A DNA stretch of 64,000 nucleotides from Chloroflexota bacterium (GTDB lineage Bacteria > Chloroflexota > Dehalococcoidia > Lucifugimonadales > JADFKI01). The DNA lies in the NCBI GenBank assembly GCA_027623195.1, contig JAQBUT010000002.1:1-64000 (forward strand), written 5' to 3'. Under the pieces are notes generated by a model. That model had not been told where the DNA came from. It was given only the letters and a program-made list of their open reading frames with translations, and made no database searches. A program made the translations under genes and the position numbers. Positions 1 to 8,762 of this stretch are shown here, piece after piece. Positions within the stretch are counted from its first letter, which is position 1. Each line of letters starts with the position of its first letter.

Positions 1-156
1 TGACTCAGGTTTCATCACCCAAAGTCTACCTTGAGAGGCCTTCTTTTTATACTTTTCCTAGAATCATCCAAATTCGGGATGACTCATGTTGGAACGTTAA
101 ATATGTGAACTTATATCTATTTTGCCAGATGAATCGGCATTAGCTTGCGGCTGTTC

Positions 157-615
157 TTACCAGAGGTTTCGCACACGAATAGCGCCAGCCAACGAGAGCA
201 GCGGCATCGAGCGCTTCAGCAGGACGGCTAGGTCCTGCACTCCACCGCAACGCATTCGGACCTCCTCGGCCACGGATATGGCCAAACGGCCAGCTTGCAG
301 GTAAGTGCTTGCCTGTAGCACCGGCACGAACTAATCCAGGTCAGAGCCTTTGGCGTGTTCAACGGCAATAGGTCGGCTGTTGCGCCGGAAACGCCGCTTG
401 CTTACGCCTCGCTTCTGTGCTGCGTTAAGGATAGCGCCCACCAGCGCAGACTGATCCAGGTCCCGCCCACTTTCCCCATCACCCTTCACCACATCATCCA
501 CAACCATCATCCCCTTCGTCTCACCCAAGGCTCCACTCCCTACAACACGACCCCTCACTTCAAGTGTCGGTTGGCCGCTTTGAATTCTCTTGCCGCTTAA
601 TGGATTTCGCAACAA
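157..615 (-). pseudogene. possible decayed minimal nucleotidyltransferase (MNT)-like gene remnant
   Basis: ORF 331..615 contains ILNAAQKRGVSK...GSDLD; after an in-frame TAG (331-333) the frame stays open to TAA at 157. Loosely resembles MNT 'ILxxAxxxGxxxxxVFGS...SDxDxLV', but the GS motif is absent. Confidence 0.25.
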
Positions 616-763
616 GTCGTAAGAATCAGGTTAGCAAGCGGGTCAGAGAGTTGCATAGCGAAGAGCGGGCTCCATTTCTGAAAAGTTCTTATACTTTTTC
701 AATTTTCTTTTCAAGAAACGGAGGCCGTATTATACAAATGCTGTTAATCATATAACGTCTGGC

Positions 764-1414
764 TTAGTCCAGAAGATGTGAGCTATCGTTGAAGCGGTGC
801 ACCCGCCAAAGCTCGGTATTATGGTAGGTCGCGTGGTCCTTGTGCCACCACCGTTCCGCGTCGACGCTAAGGTCGAACACAGCGGTGTTTCGCACGCCGA
901 GGCCCCATGTGCGGTCGGTGCCCATGAGCGCAGCCAGCATATGGCCCATGATGCCGCCGTGGGTGAACATCAACACAACGTCGTCGTTAGCGTGGCGGCT
1001 TAGAATAGCATCCACAACCCGGCGGCCCCTGGCCCTTCGTTCGGCTGAAGTTTCAGCGCCATCCACAACACCCCAGTCCCTGTTCCGCTCGAACTCCGAG
1101 GCCACTTCCGGGTATTTCTTTGAAATGTCCGCCCAGGTCATCCCACTGAAAACCCCGATATCATGCTCCATCAGTTCGTCCCAGGGTGTAATTTCGTGAC
1201 TCCAGGAGCGCGAGACGATAGCCGCCGTCTGAGCGGCACGGCTCTGCGGGCTGGAGTACACATGGGTCGGTTCGAAGCCCTCACTCAGAAACCGACCGTA
1301 AAGCAGTTCCGCCTGCTGGCGGCCGCCTTCGGAAAGCTCGTATTCGGCCCGCCCTTGCATTAGGCCTCCGGCGTTTCCAAGGGACTCCGCATGACGCACA
1401 AAAATAAGTCTCAT
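764..1414 (-). CDS. histidine phosphatase (phosphoglycerate mutase family)
   Basis: N-terminal FVRHAES motif, SSPQSRAAQTA, LME, C-terminal THGG and FNDSSHL. Confidence 0.9.
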   Translation of the reverse strand: MRLIFVRHAESLGNAGGLMQGRAEYELSEGGRQQAELLYGRFLSEGFEPTHVYSSPQSRAAQTAAIVSRSWSHEITPWDELMEHDIGVFSGMTWADISKKYPEVASEFERNRDWGVVDGAETSAERRARGRRVVDAILSRHANDDVVLMFTHGGIMGHMLAALMGTDRTWGLGVRNTAVFDLSVDAERWWHKDHATYHNTELWRVHRFNDSSHLLD

Positions 1415-1444
1415 AACAGAAGCAAATTAACGCAGAACCCGAAA

Positions 1445-2134
1445 TCAGTCAATCAGGATTCCCGACAGTTCAGTCAGGTCTTTTACAGTAGCGTCGGGGC
1501 GTTCATCGTCGGTGCGCGGCTTCTGGAGCCTACCTACGCCTTGAAGTATACGCACCGTCTGCATTCCCAGCGCCTTGGCAGGCTTTATGTCGTTGTCGAT
1601 GCGATCGCCTATCATCACCGCGCCGTGCGGCTCACAACCGGCCTGCTCCAGGGCGATGCGAAAGATTTCGGGGTCTGGCTTGGCTATCCCTAGCTCTGTG
1701 GAGGAAAGGCATACGGAAAAGAAGGAATGCAGACCGTAATTTCTCAGCCGCTCCTCCGTGCCCTCAGGCTGGTTGGCGATTACGCCCAGCTGATATCGGC
1801 CGGCAAGAGAGATCAGAAGAGGCTCAGCGTCCGGATAAGGCTTCTCCAGCTCCTTGGGATAGCGCCCAGCCTTTCGCACAAATTCCTGGTGTTCGGGACT
1901 GGGGATTAGCTCGTTCAGCACACTGACGAAGGGACTGGAATCAAAGCGTTCACTGGCTTCTTCCAGACCCTTTACGAGGCCGGGGACGGTCGCCTTCACA
2001 TCCAGTTCCTCTAAGGAATCGCACACCTGTTGCAGCCGTCCAAATGCCGCGCCATCTTCATTGATGAGTGTGTAGCCCAGGTCGAAAAAGACCCAGCGAA
2101 TATTTTCAATAATTAATGGCATGGTATTTTGCAA
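1445..2134 (-). CDS. HAD-family hydrolase
   Basis: FFDLGYTL motif I, IANQ, KPDPEIF, MIGDRIDND. Confidence 0.88.
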   Translation of the reverse strand: MQNTMPLIIENIRWVFFDLGYTLINEDGAAFGRLQQVCDSLEELDVKATVPGLVKGLEEASERFDSSPFVSVLNELIPSPEHQEFVRKAGRYPKELEKPYPDAEPLLISLAGRYQLGVIANQPEGTEERLRNYGLHSFFSVCLSSTELGIAKPDPEIFRIALEQAGCEPHGAVMIGDRIDNDIKPAKALGMQTVRILQGVGRLQKPRTDDERPDATVKDLTELSGILID

Positions 2135-2175
2135 AGCGTGAGCAATGATGTAGGGCCATAATCGACGCGCACGTA

Positions 2176-2748
2176 TTAGCTCTTGTTATTGGCAGGAGTG
2201 ATATTGCCGTCAGCGTCGGCCTCAAGGATCGTGAAGAAGTCGTAACCCCGACGTATGATCTCTTCGCTGCCACCCTGATGCCTGTCCAGTATCGACAGGA
2301 CCTTGATTACCTTACAGCCCGCCGCCTCCATTGCGTCAATGGCGAGGAACAGGCTGGCTCCGGTGCTACAGGTATCATCCACGACGGCTACCCTGGCTCC
2401 GTCGACCAGCGGGCCCTCAATGCCACGCTTGCCGCCGTGTGCCTTGGCCTCCTTGCGGACGATCAGCCCCGGAATGGGGTGGCCCTGCTGGTAGCTCAGT
2501 AGCGCCACTGAGGATACGATAGGGTCTGCGCCAAGAGTAGGGCCAGCAAGGGCCTCTGCGCCGCATTCAGTAAGCACGGGCATAAACGCCTCGCTTATGA
2601 GGTTCGCCCCCTCGGGGTCCAGCGTTATCATGCGGCCGTCGAAGTAGTAAGAGCTGGTGCCGCCTGCGGAGAGTTTAAACTCCCCGAACATTAGCGCACC
2701 CGTCTTTTTAGCCAGTGCCAGAATCGCCTCTGCGGAATCGTTGCCCAC
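2176..2748 (-). CDS. pyrE: orotate phosphoribosyltransferase
   Basis: GEFKLSAGGTSSYYFD, VRKEAKAHG loop, PRPP motif VAVVDDTCSTGAS. Confidence 0.95.
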   Translation of the reverse strand: MGNDSAEAILALAKKTGALMFGEFKLSAGGTSSYYFDGRMITLDPEGANLISEAFMPVLTECGAEALAGPTLGADPIVSSVALLSYQQGHPIPGLIVRKEAKAHGGKRGIEGPLVDGARVAVVDDTCSTGASLFLAIDAMEAAGCKVIKVLSILDRHQGGSEEIIRRGYDFFTILEADADGNITPANNKS

Positions 2749-2810
2749 CTAGATTCACCCCCTGCCAACTTGATCCTGTGCGACATGATCTGAAGTTACA
2801 CCACTGGCCG

Positions 2811-3410
2811 TTAGCGATACAACCCGTGCTCTAAGATATAGCCCTCCACCGACTCCGGCACCAGGTACCTTATGGACCGGCCCTCGTGGATACGCTTACG
2901 TATCTCGGTTCCGCTGACCTCTATGAGAGGCCCTTCCAGCAGGCTTAGCCTATCCCTGGCGTTGCCAAGTGTTTTGCTCAGCTCGCCAAGATCAACCGAC
3001 CGATGGCTTGGTCGCGTCACGCCGACTACATTGGCCAACTCAAGGATGCGTTGGGGTTGGTACCAACGCTCCAACTCGCTCAAGGCATCAGCCCCGAGTA
3101 CCACGAAAAGCTGAGAGCTATCGCCTAGCTTCTCATGCAGCAGTTCCAAAGTATCGACGGTGTAGGAGGGGCCTGGTCTGGCCATCTCCAAGTCTGAGGA
3201 ATAGAAGGCCGGGTTTGAGGCAATTGCCAGGTCCACCATGGCCAGCCTGTGTTCGGCATCTGTTACGGGCATTTCAGACTTGAACCAGGGCTTACCTGCA
3301 GGCACGAAGAGCACCTCATCGAGACCTAGCTGCTCCCGGGTCTCCTCAGCCACCACCAGATGACCCATGTGAACGGGATCGAACGTGCCCCCGAATATCC
3401 CTAGCTTCAA
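2811..3410 (-). CDS. nadD: nicotinate-nucleotide adenylyltransferase
   Basis: GGTFDPVHMGH, SYTVDTL, GAD, VSGTEIR, YLVP; downstream of obgE. Confidence 0.96.
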   Translation of the reverse strand: MKLGIFGGTFDPVHMGHLVVAEETREQLGLDEVLFVPAGKPWFKSEMPVTDAEHRLAMVDLAIASNPAFYSSDLEMARPGPSYTVDTLELLHEKLGDSSQLFVVLGADALSELERWYQPQRILELANVVGVTRPSHRSVDLGELSKTLGNARDRLSLLEGPLIEVSGTEIRKRIHEGRSIRYLVPESVEGYILEHGLYR

Positions 3411-3487
3411 GGTATCACTGCGATGGCGTAACGCCGTGAATGCAGTTCACAAGCCACGTTAGAGAGCATGTGCGGCATGTCCAATAA

Positions 3488-4759
3488 CTACTCCCACTCC
3501 CACTCCATAACGCCGAATCGTACGGCATCGCCCGACATTACCCCGGCCTCTTCCAGAGCCCTGACTATCCCCGTGCGCTGCAAATGGCCCAGGAACTGAA
3601 TTCTGGCGTTCCAGTCCTGCTCATCCAACATAGCCGCGATACGGGCTACTCTGGGCGCCTCAACTACGAAGACATTACCCTGCTTGTTGATCTTAATGGG
3701 CTCCCGCCTTGGTCGTGGTCTCAGTACGGGTATGTTGTTTATATCGATCTCGATTTTTGTAGTAGCGTCCCGAAGCTTGGTTTCCTGCAGGACCTCGTAG
3801 ACCTTATTCAGGAGGTCATCTACGCCCTCATGCGTGGCGGCAGATATGACGAAAAGCGGCTCGCTATAGTCTTTGAACTGTTCCCTAATCTCTGCCTGTA
3901 GCTCACGCACCTCGGTAATATCCAACTTGTTTATGGCGATGACCTGAGGCTTGCTGGCAAGATCTTCGTTGAACTGGACCAGTTCCTGATTAATCTTACG
4001 GAAATCGTCCAGTGGGTCCAGCGCCGAGCCGTCCACCATATGAACCAGCACACGGGTCCTCTCGATGTGCCTCAAGAAGTCGTGACCCAGGCCAATCCCC
4101 TCGGAGGCGCCTTCGATAAGACCGGGGATGTCTACCATGACGAAGGTGTCGCGAAACCTCTCAATAACGCCAAGCACGGGCTCCAGCGTTGTGAACGGGT
4201 AGTTGGCTATCTTGGGCCTCGCAGCGCTCACAGAGGCCAGCAGGCTGGACTTCCCGGCATTGGGCAGTCCTATGATGCCTACGTCTGCCAGAAGCTTAAG
4301 CTCTAGTCGGACGCGAAGCTCCTCGCCTAACTCGCCCTCCTCAGCCAACAGAGGGTACTGGTTTGTCGAAGTGGCGAATCGGGCGTTGCCTCGACCACCA
4401 CGGCCACCCTTGGCTATGATGATGGCCTGCCCCGGCTCAGAGAGGTCAGCTAACTGGTTGTTCGTGTCAGCCTCCCACACCTGAGTGCCCACTGGCACAG
4501 GTATCTGAATATCCTCGCCGTTCTTGCCGTGCTTGTTTGCTCCCTCGCCCCTACCGCCGGGGGAACCCTCGAACCTCCGATGGTATCGGAACTCCAAAAG
4601 TGTAGTCACGTTCGGTTCGGCCACGAGGATGATGTCTCCTCCGCGACCTCCATCTCCGCCGTTAGGCCCACCACGCGGAACAAATTTCTCGTGACGGCCG
4701 CTAACGATTCCGTTACCACCGTGGCCGGATATCATGTGGATAAATACTTGATCAATCAT
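3488..4759 (-). CDS. obgE: GTPase ObgE/CgtA
   Basis: Gly-rich Obg fold (GGPNGGDGGRGG), GLPNAGKS, YPFTT, DIPG, NKLD, SA motifs, C-terminal OCT domain. Confidence 0.98.
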   Translation of the reverse strand: MIDQVFIHMISGHGGNGIVSGRHEKFVPRGGPNGGDGGRGGDIILVAEPNVTTLLEFRYHRRFEGSPGGRGEGANKHGKNGEDIQIPVPVGTQVWEADTNNQLADLSEPGQAIIIAKGGRGGRGNARFATSTNQYPLLAEEGELGEELRVRLELKLLADVGIIGLPNAGKSSLLASVSAARPKIANYPFTTLEPVLGVIERFRDTFVMVDIPGLIEGASEGIGLGHDFLRHIERTRVLVHMVDGSALDPLDDFRKINQELVQFNEDLASKPQVIAINKLDITEVRELQAEIREQFKDYSEPLFVISAATHEGVDDLLNKVYEVLQETKLRDATTKIEIDINNIPVLRPRPRREPIKINKQGNVFVVEAPRVARIAAMLDEQDWNARIQFLGHLQRTGIVRALEEAGVMSGDAVRFGVMEWEWE

Positions 4760-5060
4760 TTTATATTCTAATAATACATAGTAATAATGCCGTGGATACC
4801 GGGGATTCGGCCTTATTGCTACTCCTTAGCGATTTGGGTCCAGAGCCTTGTGTTGCCAATGGTCTCCCTTTTAGGGTAGTGCCGTACTTTACATATGTAT
4901 TGTAAGTTTAGCATGTGTGAGGGGTGGACAGTGCAGGGACACCTGAGGATAAGTAGCCGGACCTGCCTCAGCGCGATATCTCACCCAAAAGTAGTTCAAT
5001 AACTATCCACCATGCAGCAATGTTATCCACTAAAATCGGCGGGTTATCCACTTCTGTTCC
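4735..5060. promoter_or_regulatory. probable chromosomal replication origin (oriC): DnaA boxes plus AT-rich DnaA-trio/unwinding element
   Basis: TGTGGATAA 4735-4743 (perfect), CGTGGATAC 4791-4799, TGAGGATAA 4944-4952, CTATCCACC 5003-5011, TTATCCACT 5023-5031 and 5044-5052; minus strand GTATCCACG-GC-ATTATTACTATGTATTATTA at 4768-4799; dnaA lies about 3.7 kb away. Confidence 0.8.
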
Positions 5061-5122
5061 CCGGGCCTGTTTATTCTTTGTTTAACGAAAGTCTAGTAAA
5101 AGTGTTCTGATTTTTGGAAAGG

Positions 5123-7414
5123 TCAGCCCTCGTCGGAGTCGAGCTGAGCCTCCAACGCATCTGCCTCTTCGTACCGCCCGAGCGCGCGGTAGGTGTTGGC
5201 CAGGTTGTTTCGACTGCCGAGGGTACTGGGGTGCTCCGACCCAAGAACGCGCTCCCTGATCTCAAGGGTCTCCTGGTCCAACTTCAGCGCTTCGTCGTAC
5301 CTGTCCAACTGCTGGTAGTCGACTGCCAAGTTGCTTCGACTTGTGAGTGTATCGGGATGCTCCGGCCCAAGAACGCGCTCCCTGATCTCAAGGGTCTCCT
5401 GGTCCAACTCCAGCGCCTCGTCGTTCCGCCCGAGCGCGCGGTAGGTGATGGCCAGGCCGTTTCGACTGGCGAGAGTGTCGGGATGCTCCGGCCCTAGAAC
5501 CTGCTCCATAATTTCTAGGGTTCCCTGGTCCAACTCCAGCGCCTCGTCGTTCCGCCCAAGCGCGCGGTAGTCGTTGGCCAGGTTGCTTCGGATGCCGAGA
5601 GTGTCGGGATGCTCCGGCCCAAGAACGCGCTCCCTGATCTCAAGGGTCTCCTGGTCCAGTTCCAGCGCCTCCTCGTATCGCCCAAGCGCACCGTAGGTGT
5701 TGGCCAGGCCGTTTCGACTTGAGAGGGTACTGGGGTGCTCCGACCCGAGAACGCGCTCCCTGATCTCAAGGGTCTCCTGGTCCAACTTCAGCGCGTCGTC
5801 GTATCGCCCAAGCGCACCGTAGGTGTTGGCCAGGTTGTTGCTGAGCCAGAGCAGGTCGTTCTGGTCTTCCTCCAGCGAAGATTTTCCGGCTGCCCGGATA
5901 TGCGTGTGGTGTGTGACCTCCCTCCGTAGCGCGCCATGATCGGTTTTAACAATGGCGATGAGCCTTCGATTACACCTGGCCACGGCCAGAGTCACCGCAC
6001 CCTCCTCATTAGTGGCGGCTATGGCGGCAGCGGTCAAGGCGTGTAGCCTAAAGCCTTCATCGGGTACTGAAAGGACGGAGCGTTCCATACATAGCCTAAC
6101 CAACTCGGTGAGGCCATCACCGTCGCGGCCCGTCAATGCAGCCAGCAACTCGCGGCTCACAGGCGCGTCCGCTATGTATCCCAGAGGGGGAATGTCCGCT
6201 CTTGCGTCGTCGGGCAGCGCATTCAGGGTGCCGGCGATGGTGGCGAACACGCCTTCCTCTCGTGCAATAGCGGCATGGCCGAGCGCCGTCTGGAAGGCCC
6301 TCAACTGTATGGGGTTTGGCACGGTTCGGAGCTCTTTCAGCAAACTTTCAGGAGTATGCTCCCACTTCAGCCGCGGGGCCAGCATTTCCAGAGCCATGGG
6401 AAGGTAGCCGACGGTTTCCGCTATTTTGGGCAAACACGCGTCGGCCTTGTCGGTGCTACTGCGAGAGCACAGCAACTCAACGGCGGCGTTGTTGTCGAGG
6501 ACGGCTAGGGGCAGGAACTTCGCAAATGTCGGCAGGTGTCCGGCGTTACCATCGCGAGTAGTAAACAGTAGGGGAACTGATCCGGCCAACGGCGCCAACT
6601 CTCCGACCATTCTTAATGTAGTAATGTTGTCTACGATCCACAGGGTGTCGCTCGGAAGGGCGGTCAGCTTCTCGGTTACGTCCCTTGCGACGTCACCAGG
6701 AGGCCGGTCCCCGATCTCCACACGCAGATCAGGGGCCAGGGCGACCAACGTCTGCTCTGCCGTATCGCCCGCAGCCGTCCAGAAGCCGTTACGCTTGGGG
6801 TCGTGGCTGTACTCCGCCGCCAACTGCGACTTGCCGAAGCCCGCTCCGCCAGACAGCACGACGATCTTGTTGTTTTCTGTAAAGGCCTTGGATATATCGT
6901 CGAGTACTGACGCACGGCCAAAGAAATTGTCGCCCAGGCTCAAGGGCCTTCCTCGCCAGTAGGAGGGCTGTGTATCGCTTGTGGAGACCGCCGGGGTTTG
7001 TTGGTAAATGTTAACGACGTCCGCATTGGCGGTGACCACGCCGCCCTCCACGGCACTGCTCTGGATGTTTGGCCCGCCGACGTTGGCCTGCCTGCCACCT
7101 TCCGCAGTAACGTTTACGTTGCGCTGGTGACCTGAGACGATGTCGCCTTGTATTGTACCGACCCGGATATTGTCCCTGGTTACGCTAACCTGCCCACCAT
7201 TATTGTCCACCATGGCAGCAGGAGTTTTATCATTCGTGTTGCGTTTAACGAAGGGCCATATCGCTCCGGCGAGGACGAGGGCGACCCCAACGAAGATCAT
7301 TGCGGGCGCAACCCATGGTAGGAAAGGAGGATTTTCGGCCAGCAGTATAGGCAGCCCTCCGCTGGCCAAGGCTATTCCAATAGGGATTAAGGCCGCAGTC
7401 TTGCTCATCACCAA
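5123..7414 (-). CDS. NLR-like STAND protein: 2 TM helices, low-complexity beta segment, NB-ARC, TPR repeats
   Basis: Walker A GGAGFGKS, Walker B LWIVDN, LFTTR sensor, GYLPMAL, RLH; C-terminal 42-aa TPRs (LGxEHPxTL); hydrophobic N-terminus. Confidence 0.9.
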   Translation of the reverse strand: MVMSKTAALIPIGIALASGGLPILLAENPPFLPWVAPAMIFVGVALVLAGAIWPFVKRNTNDKTPAAMVDNNGGQVSVTRDNIRVGTIQGDIVSGHQRNVNVTAEGGRQANVGGPNIQSSAVEGGVVTANADVVNIYQQTPAVSTSDTQPSYWRGRPLSLGDNFFGRASVLDDISKAFTENNKIVVLSGGAGFGKSQLAAEYSHDPKRNGFWTAAGDTAEQTLVALAPDLRVEIGDRPPGDVARDVTEKLTALPSDTLWIVDNITTLRMVGELAPLAGSVPLLFTTRDGNAGHLPTFAKFLPLAVLDNNAAVELLCSRSSTDKADACLPKIAETVGYLPMALEMLAPRLKWEHTPESLLKELRTVPNPIQLRAFQTALGHAAIAREEGVFATIAGTLNALPDDARADIPPLGYIADAPVSRELLAALTGRDGDGLTELVRLCMERSVLSVPDEGFRLHALTAAAIAATNEEGAVTLAVARCNRRLIAIVKTDHGALRREVTHHTHIRAAGKSSLEEDQNDLLWLSNNLANTYGALGRYDDALKLDQETLEIRERVLGSEHPSTLSSRNGLANTYGALGRYEEALELDQETLEIRERVLGPEHPDTLGIRSNLANDYRALGRNDEALELDQGTLEIMEQVLGPEHPDTLASRNGLAITYRALGRNDEALELDQETLEIRERVLGPEHPDTLTSRSNLAVDYQQLDRYDEALKLDQETLEIRERVLGSEHPSTLGSRNNLANTYRALGRYEEADALEAQLDSDEG
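5150..5850 (-). repeat. intragenic 126-bp tandem repeat (five full copies plus one partial) encoding TPRs
   Basis: near-identical DNA units such as AAGAACGCGCTCCCTGATCTCAAGGGTCTCCTGGTCCA recur with a 126-nt period; boundaries approximate. Confidence 0.9.
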
Positions 7415-7517
7415 CCTCGGTGCTTGTCTGCGTGGCGTATTCGTGACGCCCGCGCCAATGGCATACAGAATACCATAAGAGAGGTTGTCGATTAAGCTGA
7501 ATGGCCCGCGAAGGCTG

Positions 7518-8576
7518 TCAGTCTGCGCTTAACCTTGCCCTGATGGCATCGCCCACCTGAGTGGTGGAGAGGCTGCCGCCAATGTCGGGGGTGGTCTGGC
7601 CCTGGCTTATGGCGTGACGCACTGCGCTCTCGATGGCTCCAGCGGCCTCGCGGTGGGCCAGGTGCTCCAGCAGCATCTTGCTCGCCATGATGGCCGCCAT
7701 GGGATTGGCTACGCCCTTGCCCAGAATGTCCGGCCCGGTGCCGTGAACTGGCTCGAAGTAGCAGAAGTTCTTCTCAGGGTTGTAGCAGCCTGTTGGGGCC
7801 AGCCCCCGACTTCCCTGCACCGCCCCGCCAATGTCGCTGAGAACGTCACCAATTCGGTTCTCGCCGACCACGACCTGCAGCTCCTCGGGCGATACCACCA
7901 TCATGTATGCCAACGTGTCCACGTGGGTGTGTATCCCCTCGATGTTCGGGTACCTTGCCGACACCTCTGCGAATACGCGGTTCCACAGGCCGTCTGGCAG
8001 ACCCTTCTCCGCCATGTGAACCCGCGTGCTGCCCTCCTGCTGGGCGTAGTTGAAGGCGAACTCCAGCACTCGCTTGACTCCCTTGTACGTGTTGTACTCG
8101 GGGCGAATCTCAACCTCGTCCTCGGTGCCGACCCTGTAGTTGCCGGCGGTCCCGAACTCGTATCCCTCGGTGTTCTCCCGGATTACCGTGAAATTAATGT
8201 CTTCAGCCGTCTTGTTTTTGAGAGGCGTCAGGTCCGGCGCTATGAGGCGACAGGGGCGGACGTTGGCAAAGAGGTCCAAACGCCGTCTCAGCCCCACGAG
8301 AACGGGCATGGCGCTGACGTCTTCCGGCGTGCGGTGGTCGATGCCCCCCGCGCCAAAAAGCGCCGCGTCAAACCTGTTGGGCAGGTCGTCTATGAAACCG
8401 TCCAGGTCCTCCGGGAAGGCCTCTCCGGTGCGCAGGTATCGCTCCGAGCCAAGGTCGAAGGTCTCGTACTCCAGCCCAAGCTCGTACTTCTCGTTGACGA
8501 CGTCCAGGACCTTCACGGCCTCGGGGACCACTTCGTTGGCGATGCCGTCGCCGGGTATTACTGCAATTTTAGCCAT
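7518..8576 (-). CDS. isocitrate/isopropylmalate/tartrate dehydrogenase family protein (divergent)
   Basis: IPGDGIA, LRRRLDLFANVRP, RENTEG, GDVLSD, EPVHG..PDI, ANPMA, TPDIGG. Confidence 0.88.
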   Translation of the reverse strand: MAKIAVIPGDGIANEVVPEAVKVLDVVNEKYELGLEYETFDLGSERYLRTGEAFPEDLDGFIDDLPNRFDAALFGAGGIDHRTPEDVSAMPVLVGLRRRLDLFANVRPCRLIAPDLTPLKNKTAEDINFTVIRENTEGYEFGTAGNYRVGTEDEVEIRPEYNTYKGVKRVLEFAFNYAQQEGSTRVHMAEKGLPDGLWNRVFAEVSARYPNIEGIHTHVDTLAYMMVVSPEELQVVVGENRIGDVLSDIGGAVQGSRGLAPTGCYNPEKNFCYFEPVHGTGPDILGKGVANPMAAIMASKMLLEHLAHREAAGAIESAVRHAISQGQTTPDIGGSLSTTQVGDAIRARLSAD

Positions 8577-8762
8577 TGGCGCAGCTCCTATGAATTTTTT
8601 GGTTCTCTTTGGACTAAAGATGGCGCGTCAATATCATGCGCGCTACTGTTTCCTTGGAGTTTACCCTATCGAGGAGGATTCATGCGGGGTAGGCGTTGGG
8701 GTCCGTTTGTAGCGAAGGGCCTGGGCCGTGACACGGGGGTGGCCCGTCACGCTGGTGGGCCT

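Noticed and set aside
1..15. Possible gene start (ATG AAA CCT GAG TCA) on the minus strand at the window edge
   Set aside because: Only five codons visible; cannot be supported
5150..5850. Regular repeats as a CRISPR array or non-coding repeat
   Set aside because: Period is 126 nt (42 codons), in frame, with no unique spacers and no cas genes; it is a TPR coding repeat
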